Origin: an uncultured Candidatus Saccharibacteria bacterium | Lineage (GTDB): Bacteria; Patescibacteriota; Minisyncoccia; Phycocordibacterales; JACOZG01 | Direction: 5' to 3' | Assembly (NCBI GenBank): GCA_965230925.1 | Contig: OZ246403.1 | Location: forward strand, 530,230 to 594,229 | DNA: 64,000 nt | Shown here: in pieces, positions 56,351 to 64,000 of the stretch | Position numbering within the stretch: the first letter of the stretch is position 1 | Layout of the letters: every line of letters begins with the position of its first letter | Notes under the pieces: model-generated | What the model saw: the letters and a program-made list of their open reading frames with translations, nothing else | Databases searched by the model: none | What the model was told of the DNA's origin: nothing | Translations under genes and position numbers: made by a program

Positions 56351-57511
56351 TTAAGGCCAAAGTTCTTTGACCCAACGGAAGAAACGATGTTTAGTTCGGT
56401 GAATCATTTTGAGGCCAAAACTGTCTTCATTTTCACCCCCAGAGCCGAAGAGGGCAAGGCCGTAAGCCACAATTGCGCCAGCGTCTTTAATCGGTAATTG
56501 TTGAGTGTCGGGATTGATGTTGAGCACGCGCGCAGGCAAACGCAGAGCATCTTTAGCGAGTTTTTCAATTCCTTCGAGTCCAGAACCACCGCCGGTAAGA
56601 ATGACGCCCGCTGGGAGTAAACCGTTTCGCCCTAACTTTTTTAATTGACCTTCAATCAGCTCAAACATATCTGAAAGTCTGGCTTCCACAATTTCATCAA
56701 GTTTCTTTTTAGCTACCAACATTGGCTCGATACCAAGCTTCACCTTTTCTGCTTCTTCTGGAGGTAAGCGTAAACCGAGGGCAATGTCATTGGTAATATC
56801 GGTGGAGCCAAGAGGGAAAATTTGGAGAGCAATTGGTAGACCGTCTTCGAAGACAGCGATTGAGGTAGTTTGAGAACCGATATTAACGAGAATAGCACCG
56901 ACGGCTTTCTGATTGGGTGTGAGCGCCGCGAGTCCGGCGGCGAGTGGTGCCGCGATAATATCTTCAACAGTGAGGCCGGCTTGCTCCACCACCTTCACTA
57001 GATTGTTCAAAGGCTGGGTAAGATAGGTAACGAAAAAAGTTTTTACCTCGAGCTTGGTACCCTTCATGCCCTCTGGGCGGCCAATCACGCGCTCACCATC
57101 GAGTTTAAAAGCGAGGGGAATGGTATGAATGATGCGGCGATTACTGAGGTCGGTGAGGGAGAGTTCGCTGGCTTCAATCACGCGGGTTACATCGCCCTCG
57201 GTAATCTCGAGATCAGCTCGCGAGACAATAATTTGCCCTTCGCCAATTTTACCCGCGAGTGGTACGCCGCCGAGGCCGAGGACTACGCTCCTGAGGCTTA
57301 CTTTCACAATTTTTTCCGCTTCCGCAATGGCAGCGCGAATACTTTCAGCCGCTTCGTCGAAGTTTACAACGTAACCTCGCTTGAGGCCGCGACTCTCTTT
57401 TTTAACCAAGGCTAACACCCGCGGCAGTTTATTACCTTTAAGGTTTTCGCACACCGCGACCCTGATGAAAGCGGTGCCAATGTCCAGGCCAACAATTAAA
57501 TTGCCGCGCAT
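56351..57511 (-). CDS. ftsA: cell division protein FtsA
   Basis: Actin-like ATPase. N-terminal IVGLDIGTAFIRVAV and LTGGGSGLEGI. Located upstream of ftsZ. Confidence 0.85.
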   Translation of the reverse strand: MRGNLIVGLDIGTAFIRVAVCENLKGNKLPRVLALVKKESRGLKRGYVVNFDEAAESIRAAIAEAEKIVKVSLRSVVLGLGGVPLAGKIGEGQIIVSRADLEITEGDVTRVIEASELSLTDLSNRRIIHTIPLAFKLDGERVIGRPEGMKGTKLEVKTFFVTYLTQPLNNLVKVVEQAGLTVEDIIAAPLAAGLAALTPNQKAVGAILVNIGSQTTSIAVFEDGLPIALQIFPLGSTDITNDIALGLRLPPEEAEKVKLGIEPMLVAKKKLDEIVEARLSDMFELIEGQLKKLGRNGLLPAGVILTGGGSGLEGIEKLAKDALRLPARVLNINPDTQQLPIKDAGAIVAYGLALFGSGGENEDSFGLKMIHRTKHRFFRWVKELWP

Positions 57512-57866
57512 ACTTTTTTTCAGCGACCTCCATTCTACTACCGTGGTCGAGCCCTTTCAAATGAAGCAAACCGTGGATAAAAAGAAAACCGAGACCCCAT
57601 GAGGCACCGCGGTGAGGATTAAGGAAAATTTCTCCGGTTGTTTTTGAAAGCGGAAAACTCAAAACATTGGCTGATTTGTCTTTACCGCGGTGAAGGCGAT
57701 TGAGGGTTCGTGATCGTCGATCGCCGACAAAGACGAGGCTCAATTCATACTTTTTACCAAGAATTTTGTCCTTAGCCTTTTGCCAAGGAAAAGAAAGGGG
57801 TTTTGTTTTTGTAAAATTCCGGACGGCTAACAAACTAGATTTTCCCAAGCTTTTTGAGACGTTCAT
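57438..57866 (-). CDS. ybeY: endoribonuclease YbeY (rRNA maturation factor)
   Basis: Zinc motif IHGLLHLKGLDHG (H..LH..G.DH) and LSLVFVGDRRSRTLNRLHRGKDKSANVLSFP. The ORF as drawn overlaps ftsA by 74 nt and rpsU by 32 nt, so the true start may be an internal alternative codon. Confidence 0.65.
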   Translation of the reverse strand: MNVSKSLGKSSLLAVRNFTKTKPLSFPWQKAKDKILGKKYELSLVFVGDRRSRTLNRLHRGKDKSANVLSFPLSKTTGEIFLNPHRGASWGLGFLFIHGLLHLKGLDHGSRMEVAEKKYARQFNCWPGHWHRFHQGRGVRKP

Positions 57867-58053
57867 TGGCTTGACGGCGGTCGAGGCGCACCAGAGCTGC
57901 TTTTTTACGTTTGAAGTAGGACTGCGTTCGTTCTTGGAAGCGGCCCGCCTTTACCTTGCGAATAAGACCAGAACCTTGGACGCGTTTAGAGAAGCGTCGC
58001 AACAGGCTCGACGTTGATTCATTGGCTTGGCGATTGACGATAATGGTAGCCAT
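57835..58053 (-). CDS. rpsU: 30S ribosomal protein S21
   Basis: 72 aa, basic. LRRFSKRVQGSGLIRKVKAGRFQERTQSYFKRKKAALVR matches the S21 consensus. Confidence 0.8.
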   Translation of the reverse strand: MATIIVNRQANESTSSLLRRFSKRVQGSGLIRKVKAGRFQERTQSYFKRKKAALVRLDRRQANERLKKLGKI

Positions 58054-58090
58054 ATTTTTTGAGTGACTTTAGGCTAACACAAAAGCTTTT

Positions 58091-59182
58091 TTAGGGCAAT
58101 GGGGTAAGGAGAACTGCCCGGGTTTGGCCAAGATACTGGCCCCAACCAACAATAGACCCAGAGTTATTAATTGCTCGCGCGGCCTCGATTTTCCAATGAG
58201 TACCTGGTTCAATTAAATCATTCAAATCTTGCATTACCCCGTTTTCATAAATGAAAGCGCGCGGACCGGTAATGGTTTTCACCTGACCCACAATTTTTCC
58301 GTCATTGTTAATGTCGTAAGCCACACTGCCTTCGCTGCCCCGACCGAGATCACCGAGTAAGGTGGCTGCTGCCCAGTTATGGTGAGAAGTCTCGGTCCAG
58401 AGGGCTGCTTGTTTGGGTGTGCCAATTGTGCCAACCATGGTGTGGGTGTTATTGATGGCATAAACCGTAGCTGGAACACTGGTGGTGAAGGGAAGCGGCA
58501 GCCACTGGCCGGCTAAATTGCGCCAGGCTTCACCTCGGATAATTCCAGTACTACCGGTTGGCAATTTTCGATTGCCAACTGCCACGACACCGCTCGGATC
58601 AAGGTCATAGGCTTGCGTTTGATGACAGGCTTTGCAGAAATTTAGGTCGAGCGGTAAGCCGCCCTCGTTGAGCCAAATGGTGGCGCTTGGAATAATCCCA
58701 CCCTGATGAGAGAACGGGGACCAACCAAGCGCTTGACCACTCTCGCCCATACCGAGCACCTCGCTCCACTGGTCAGCGCCGAAGGTACCGGCGTAATTGG
58801 GGTTAAGAGTACGCGTGATGACCCAACCAGCACCGGTGTTTTGCCAGACCACACCGCGCGTATTGCGTCCCACCGTATCACTCATAAGTTCTGAATTGCC
58901 GGCAATCGTGCCACTCGCATCAATCGCCACACCCTCACTCATATTTGAATCAGGGAGAGGAGGCAGTATTTCTAAATTGCCGTTTTCCCAGGCAAAGCCG
59001 CGGCGAGAACCATCTTCGAGTTTGAGCCAGCCGGTAACTTGCCCGGCATCATTAATGTCATAAGCCTGGGCTTCGCCATCAAAGTGGCCGAGACTGGTGA
59101 TGGTGTATTGCGCCTCACCACGCGCGGCAGTGAAAGTTACCAAGCCGAGCGTCAGGATGAAGATGGCAAGAAATTGTTTCAC
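58091..59182 (-). CDS. secreted HAF-family repeat protein (paralog of 23160..24329)
   Basis: Signal peptide MKQFLAIFILTLGLVTFTAARGEA. Repeats YDINDAGQVTGW, IDASGTIAGN, YDINNDGKIVGQ, INNSGSIVGW. Confidence 0.55.
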   Translation of the reverse strand: MKQFLAIFILTLGLVTFTAARGEAQYTITSLGHFDGEAQAYDINDAGQVTGWLKLEDGSRRGFAWENGNLEILPPLPDSNMSEGVAIDASGTIAGNSELMSDTVGRNTRGVVWQNTGAGWVITRTLNPNYAGTFGADQWSEVLGMGESGQALGWSPFSHQGGIIPSATIWLNEGGLPLDLNFCKACHQTQAYDLDPSGVVAVGNRKLPTGSTGIIRGEAWRNLAGQWLPLPFTTSVPATVYAINNTHTMVGTIGTPKQAALWTETSHHNWAAATLLGDLGRGSEGSVAYDINNDGKIVGQVKTITGPRAFIYENGVMQDLNDLIEPGTHWKIEAARAINNSGSIVGWGQYLGQTRAVLLTPLP

Positions 59183-60468
59183 TTTAAGCCCTTGAGATAC
59201 TCACCAAGTTTAGCGATTTTTACCGTGTCTTGTGAGCGAGTGGTGAGATTTCTCACAATCACCGACTCTTCGATTGCTTCTTTTTGACCAAGAATAATGG
59301 CATAGGGAACTTGCAGTTTTTCGGCGAGGGCGAGTTGGGTGCCGAGCGAGTCTTTTGGTAATGATTGAGCCAGGGGAATTTTTGCTTTGCGCAGAATCTC
59401 GATTACCGCGAGGCTTTTGAGTTTGGCCTCATAACTGAGTTGGATGAAGAAGACTTTAGGCTTTTTTACAATGCGCGGACTAAGTTGGTGAATATCGGGA
59501 AGGAGGAGAATCCGATCAAGACCAATACCTACACCAGCAGCTGGAACATCGCGGCGGGAACCAAGCGCCTTGGCTAAGTAATCATAGCGACCGCCACCGC
59601 CAAGCGATAAACCGGCACCAGTTTCATCCACTTTCACAAACTCAAAGACAGTGCGGGAATAATAATCAAGACCACGAACCAGGCTGTTATCAATTTCGTA
59701 GGTGATATTGAGGGCTTCTAGGTATTCGAGCACTTCGCGGAAATGCGCTTTGCAGGCTGGACACAAGGTGCTTACGGCTGACGGGGCTTCTGCTTTAATT
59801 GCTTGGCATTTTGGTTCTTTGCAATCGAGAAGACGTAGAGGGTTTGTTTTGAAGCGCTCGCGACAATCGGGGCAAACTTCTTTTAGGTGTTTCTTGTAGT
59901 AATTAATCAGTTCGCGACGATAAGTCGGTCGGCATTCTTTGTCACCCAGACTATTAATTTTTACCGTCAGATCTTTTACCCCCGCCTCCTCGAAGATGAG
60001 TGTAGAAATTTTGATAATCGTGGCATCGGCAATGCTTTTACTCGTGCCAATTACCTCCAAGCCAAATTGATAAAATTGGCGATAGCGGCCCTTCTGCGGA
60101 TTGTCATGACGGAAATAAGGACCATGATAATAGAGCATTACCGGTTGCGGCTGGGCTTGCATACCGTTTTCGAAATAGGCGCGCATGACCGGCGCCGTGC
60201 CCTCTGGCCGCAGAGCGAGCTTGTCGCCACCCTTGGTGCGGAGGGTATAAATTTCTTTCTGAACAATATCGGTGTCGGTGCCTACGCCCGAGGTAAACAA
60301 GTTTTCAAATTCGAGCACTGGTGTCTCGATTGGCGTGAAGCCGTAGTAATGAGCAATTTCGGCGGCTTTCTCAATTAGGCCTTGATAGGCATAGCAAGTG
60401 GGGCCAATGAGATCGCGCATCCCCTTCGGTAGTCGCAACAAGTCAGACTCGGTTCCTTTTTTGGTCAT
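59179..60468 (-). CDS. hisS: histidine--tRNA ligase
   Basis: Class II aaRS. N-terminal PKGMRD, motif 2 YYHGPYFRHDNPQKGRYRQFYQFGLEVIG, and a C-terminal anticodon-binding domain. Confidence 0.9.
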   Translation of the reverse strand: MTKKGTESDLLRLPKGMRDLIGPTCYAYQGLIEKAAEIAHYYGFTPIETPVLEFENLFTSGVGTDTDIVQKEIYTLRTKGGDKLALRPEGTAPVMRAYFENGMQAQPQPVMLYYHGPYFRHDNPQKGRYRQFYQFGLEVIGTSKSIADATIIKISTLIFEEAGVKDLTVKINSLGDKECRPTYRRELINYYKKHLKEVCPDCRERFKTNPLRLLDCKEPKCQAIKAEAPSAVSTLCPACKAHFREVLEYLEALNITYEIDNSLVRGLDYYSRTVFEFVKVDETGAGLSLGGGGRYDYLAKALGSRRDVPAAGVGIGLDRILLLPDIHQLSPRIVKKPKVFFIQLSYEAKLKSLAVIEILRKAKIPLAQSLPKDSLGTQLALAEKLQVPYAIILGQKEAIEESVIVRNLTTRSQDTVKIAKLGEYLKGLK

Positions 60469-60470
60469 AA

Positions 60471-60968
60471 TTAATTATTTTTTCCTGGCAGCCAGGCAAG
60501 TTCGGAAATTGGGAAGAGGCGCAAGAGAACACGCCCAGTGATCAGCTTGTCGGGTACTGGACCCCAAGCGCGCGAGTCGAGACTCTGTGGGCGATTGTCA
60601 CCGAGAACATAATATTCACCCTCTTCGAGTATGCGCTTCCCTTCAGGTAACTCAACTTCGTCGCCTGGCAGACCCTCAATGCGCTTGATGAAGAACTTGG
60701 TTTCGTCTTTTGGATAACGGAAAACGACCACTTCTCCGCGTTCTGGTTCTCGGAAATGGTAGGATAGTTCATCCACAATGAGGTATTGGCCATTTTGGAA
60801 GGTGGGCACCATTGACTCTCCGGCAACGATGAAGGGTTGAGCCACATAAGTTCGAACGGGGACGACGATTACGAGAGTTACAATCACAAACTTAAGGATT
60901 TCCCACGCTCCCTGCTTGAATTTATCCATAATTTTTGGCATTTTATTACAAAAGTCGATATAGTACAA
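60471..60968 (-). CDS. lepB: signal peptidase I
   Basis: Catalytic Ser box GESMVPTF, Lys box region, and YYVLGDNRPQSLDSR. Confidence 0.8.
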   Translation of the reverse strand: MYYIDFCNKMPKIMDKFKQGAWEILKFVIVTLVIVVPVRTYVAQPFIVAGESMVPTFQNGQYLIVDELSYHFREPERGEVVVFRYPKDETKFFIKRIEGLPGDEVELPEGKRILEEGEYYVLGDNRPQSLDSRAWGPVPDKLITGRVLLRLFPISELAWLPGKNN

Positions 60969-60976
60969 ATCTACCT

Positions 60977-61579
60977 ATGGCAACATCGTTTATTATTGTG
61001 GGATTGGGGAACCCGGGAGAAGAATATGAGACCACGCGCCACAATACGGGGCGGATTTTACTCGATGCTTGGCGGAAGAAACACGATTTTCCTGACTGGG
61101 AAAAGGATAAAACACTCAATGCTCTGGTAAGTAAGGGGAAAGTGGGTAAACAACTCGTAACTTTGTGCCTACCTGAGACGATGATGAACAATTCTGGTAA
61201 AAGTGTGAAGTTGCTTTGCAAAACACCAAAAGAGGCAAAAAACCTTGTTGTTGTTTACGACGATCTCGATTTACCACTAGGCTCTTTACGAGTGAGTTTT
61301 AATCGTGGTTCGGGTGGGCATCATGGTGTGGAGTCAATTATTAAGGCCTTGAAAACACGGGAGTTTGCGCGTCTACGCGTGGGGATTAGCAAGGTTACAT
61401 CGGCGGGTAAGTCAAAGAAGGTATCAGCCGAGAAGGTGGTTGATTTTATTTTAGGTAAATTTAGCCCCGCGGAGCTCGCGGGGCTAAAGAAGGTGACCTC
61501 AAAGGTGGTAACTGGTCTCGACACCATTCTTGAGAAGGGTGTCGAATTGGCGATGAACGAGATTAACTCTTCTTTTTAG
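60977..61579 (+). CDS. pth: peptidyl-tRNA hydrolase
   Basis: Start at MATSFIIVGLGNPGEEYETTRHNTGRILLD (Pth signature with catalytic His). The upstream 14 codons of the 60935 ORF overlap lepB. Confidence 0.85.
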   Translation: MATSFIIVGLGNPGEEYETTRHNTGRILLDAWRKKHDFPDWEKDKTLNALVSKGKVGKQLVTLCLPETMMNNSGKSVKLLCKTPKEAKNLVVVYDDLDLPLGSLRVSFNRGSGGHHGVESIIKALKTREFARLRVGISKVTSAGKSKKVSAEKVVDFILGKFSPAELAGLKKVTSKVVTGLDTILEKGVELAMNEINSSF

Positions 61580-62681
61580 CCTCAGGGTAAGAGAGAATGA
61601 GCTTTTGGCTCTTTGGGTCAAAGACTGAGATAACAAAATTGTAGCTTTTACCAAGGGCGAGTTGAGTGCGTAGCATTTCTTCGGTGCCAAATTCTGAAAC
61701 GTGGACAAGCCCGGCCACCCCTTCTTCAATTGAAGCCAAGGCACCATATTTATTGTATTTAATGATTACCCCTTTCACGGTGTCGCCCTTGTGATACTTC
61801 TGACCCGCTTCTTCCCAAGGGTTTTTCTTTAGCGCTTTGATCGAGAGTGAGACTTTATCATCCTTAATCTCAATAACTTTAGCTTTGATTTTATCGCCGA
61901 GGCGGAAGAAGTCGCGAGGGTTCTCTACCAGCGACCAAGCAATTTCCGAAATATGAACTAAACCCTCGAAGCCTTCCTCGAGTTTTACGAAAACGCCAAA
62001 ATCGACAATACCACTCACTTCACCCTCTACAGTATCGCCAAGATTATACTTAGCCACAATTTCCTTGCGGCTCTTATTGTTGACTACTTTCTCCGAGAAA
62101 ATTAGCTTTCCTTCCTTTGGATCAGCCCCAATGATAAAAACTTGCAACTTTTCTCCCACGAGCTTGCGGAGTTCCTCCACAATCTTATCGCGGTCACCAT
62201 CGGCCACTTTCGGATAATGTTCTGCCTTGAGTTGAGAAGTGGGGACGAAACCGTCGAGATTTTGCCAAGTGAGAATTAAACCACCTTTATTGGCGGCCTT
62301 TACTGGAAGATCAAAAACTTCTTTATTTTCAATGGCCCGACGAGCCTCACTCCAGACGAGGGCTTGCTTAGCTTCTTTGAGCGAGAGCTCAATATAGCCA
62401 TCTTCACCCTCACTTTCCGTTACCTTGGCGGTAACAATGTCACCAATGTTGATATCTTTAATTAGATCGCGGGCGTTTAAGTATTCCCGACCGAAGATTA
62501 GGCCGGTACCGAAGGGTGCCAAGTCGATAAATAGGGTCATCTTATCCTTGGCGATGACGGTGCCTTCCACCAAGGAGCCTGGGGCCGGCATCGCTGGCAT
62601 CGTTCGCAAGATTTCGTCCATCCACGAAGATGGCTCAGCTACTACCTCGGCATTTCCCTTCATTTCTTCCTTAATAATCAT
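61563..62681 (-). CDS. S1 RNA-binding domain protein (30S ribosomal protein S1-like, 4 S1 domains)
   Basis: 372 aa. It has four S1-domain-like repeats (GTVIAKDKMTLFIDL..., GDIVTAKVTE..., GDTVEGEVSGIVDFGVFVKLEEGFEGLVHISE..., GDTVKGVIIKYNKYGALASIEEGVAGLVHVSE). Confidence 0.7.
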   Translation of the reverse strand: MIIKEEMKGNAEVVAEPSSWMDEILRTMPAMPAPGSLVEGTVIAKDKMTLFIDLAPFGTGLIFGREYLNARDLIKDINIGDIVTAKVTESEGEDGYIELSLKEAKQALVWSEARRAIENKEVFDLPVKAANKGGLILTWQNLDGFVPTSQLKAEHYPKVADGDRDKIVEELRKLVGEKLQVFIIGADPKEGKLIFSEKVVNNKSRKEIVAKYNLGDTVEGEVSGIVDFGVFVKLEEGFEGLVHISEIAWSLVENPRDFFRLGDKIKAKVIEIKDDKVSLSIKALKKNPWEEAGQKYHKGDTVKGVIIKYNKYGALASIEEGVAGLVHVSEFGTEEMLRTQLALGKSYNFVISVFDPKSQKLILSYPEAKKKS

Positions 62682-62779
62682 AGTGGGGTAATTATAGCGA
62701 AGAAGCTCTCTTTGGCAAGGCTGGAGGGTAAAAAGGGTCTAGCGCTGAGGCTTATTTTCTGCTAAACTAGGGGCATAAA

Positions 62780-63394
62780 ATGATTATTACCTACCACGGC
62801 GGGGGGCTTATTAAGGCCCAATTAGGAGATAAAATTGTCGCTTTCAATCCAATCGGCAAGGATGCCGACGAGAAGCCAGTGCGCTTTGGGGCCAATTTGG
62901 TTCTCGTTTCGCTCAACCATCCGCTTTATAACGGCGTAGAGTTTATGGCGCACGGGTCAAAGACACCCCTGGTGATCGATGGTCCGGGAGAATATGAGGC
63001 TGATGAGGTTTTTGTTAGAGGTTTACTTTCTGCTGGACCGGAGGGGAAGATTAACACTATTTACTCAGTGCTTTTTGAAGACATTCGCCTGGTTCATCTT
63101 GGTGCCTTGGTGGAGTCGAAGCTCGATGATAAAATCCGCGAGGCGATTGGTGTAGTGGAAATCTTGTTTGTTCCAGTGGGTGATGGTCGCTTGGTGCCGG
63201 CTGAAGCCGCCAAGCTCGCTCTTTCCTTCTCGCCCAAGGTGATTATTCCGGTTGATTATGCGGGCGACAATAAGGCGCTTCAGGCTTTTCTTAAAGAAAT
63301 TGGTAATAGTTCTGAGACTTTAGATAAACTGACAATAAAGAAGAAAGATCTTGTTACCGAAGAAGTAAAAACAGTTGTGCTCAAAGTGTCATGA
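62780..63394 (+). CDS. hypothetical protein (possible MBL-fold/UPF0173-like hydrolase)
   Basis: 204-aa ORF. Only the N-terminal pattern MIITYHGGGLIKA...IVAFNP loosely resembles the UPF0173 family. Not supported by full motifs. Confidence 0.3.
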   Translation: MIITYHGGGLIKAQLGDKIVAFNPIGKDADEKPVRFGANLVLVSLNHPLYNGVEFMAHGSKTPLVIDGPGEYEADEVFVRGLLSAGPEGKINTIYSVLFEDIRLVHLGALVESKLDDKIREAIGVVEILFVPVGDGRLVPAEAAKLALSFSPKVIIPVDYAGDNKALQAFLKEIGNSSETLDKLTIKKKDLVTEEVKTVVLKVS

Positions 63395-63618
63395 AAGAAT
63401 ATCTAGATCAATTGCGAGCTAAGCCAGAGTCGAGCCGTCGGCGGATCGCCTTTTTTACTTCGCTTGCGTTTACTCTTTTAATTGGGGGAGTTTGGCTTAC
63501 TAATTTGCGATTTTCTGAGAAGGCGCTTGTCGCCAAGAATAATCAAGACTCTCGTGGTGCTATTGAGCGTATTCGGGCTGGGTGGGAATCGATTACGGCG
63601 TCGGTAATTAAGAAATAA
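63391..63618 (+). CDS. hypothetical small membrane protein
   Basis: 75 aa, one TM ([18 protein letters not shown]). ATGA overlap with the upstream gene. Directly precedes gyrA. Confidence 0.3.
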   Translation: MKEYLDQLRAKPESSRRRIAFFTSLAFTLLIGGVWLTNLRFSEKALVAKNNQDSRGAIERIRAGWESITASVIKK

Positions 63619-63619
63619 T

Positions 63620-64000
63620 ATGGCTGAAGAAACTCGAGATAAAGTTATTCCGATTGATATTGTGACCGAGATGAAGGACTCGTATCTCGACTATTCGATG
63701 AGCGTGATTGTGGATCGCGCTTTGCCCGATGTCCGCGATGGTCTTAAGCCCGTACACCGGCGTTTGCTCTACGCCATGCACGAGCTCGGACTATATTCTA
63801 AGTCACGTTTCCGTAAATCAGCGCTCGTGGTGGGTGATGTGCTCGGTAAATATCATCCGCATGGTGATCCGGCTTGTTACGGTGCCTTGGTCCGGTTGGC
63901 TCAAGATTTCTCAATGCGTTACCCGCTCGTGACGGGCCAAGGAAACTTCGGTTCGGTTGACGGCGATTCGGCGGCGGCGATGCGTTATACCGAGGTTAAA
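63620..64000 (+). CDS. gyrA: DNA gyrase subunit A, N-terminal part (3' end lies outside the window)
   Basis: ATG at 63620, frame open to the window end. [29 protein letters not shown]...AMRYTE matches the GyrA N-terminus up to the active-site region. Confidence 0.9.
   Translation, partial: MAEETRDKVIPIDIVTEMKDSYLDYSMSVIVDRALPDVRDGLKPVHRRLLYAMHELGLYSKSRFRKSALVVGDVLGKYHPHGDPACYGALVRLAQDFSMRYPLVTGQGNFGSVDGDSAAAMRYTEVK

Noticed and set aside
1-64000. CRISPR arrays, integrases, transposases and prophage genes
   Set aside because: No regularly spaced direct repeats were seen. No proteins with integrase, transposase or phage signatures were recognised in any frame.

Overview
The window is 64 kb of densely coded bacterial chromosome with GC near 50 % and no CRISPR array, integrase or transposase. 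Several traits point to a Patescibacteria/CPR-like or other monoderm bacterium, which is inference only. These are substrate-binding proteins anchored by uncleaved N-terminal TM helices, a short ValRS, a TsaD carrying insertions, and many surface proteins.

Main content, left to right:
- **ftsH 3' end** (1..1179) and a Bcp-type peroxiredoxin.
- **A 14.7 kb Liv-type ABC transporter locus** (1943..16669) in which ten paralogous substrate-binding protein genes are interleaved with livH, livM, livG and livF. A 23S-IVS/Avd-family four-helix-bundle gene sits between livH and livM, flanked by inverted repeats.
- **A tRNA whose anticodon reads UAU** (16677..16748, minus strand).
- **A surface-protein cluster** (16861..23059) of three secreted proteins that share a C-terminal module ending in type-I dockerin-like repeats. 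It surrounds an ECF sigma/putative anti-sigma pair separated by a perfect 15-bp inverted repeat covering the anti-sigma start codon.
- **HAF-repeat, Kelch, RecG, PGI and ROK kinase genes.**
- **Two tandem, partially homogenised giant PKD + LVIVD-repeat secreted proteins** (29989..37641).
- **Class II RNR (nrdJ) followed directly by an unannotated RNase P RNA** (40110..40470).
- **An envelope and translation cluster** (membrane/TPR protein, murJ, lepA), then a tRNA-rich stretch (Gly, Arg, Phe, Glu, Ser, Val) interleaved with small genes. An FtsB-like CDS overlaps tRNA-Gly there, and an Arg-rich orphan with a PD-(D/E)xK-like motif lies between tRNAs.
- **A division and translation block**: trxB, ftsZ, ftsA, ybeY, rpsU, hisS, lepB, pth, an S1-domain protein, and the gyrA 5' end.
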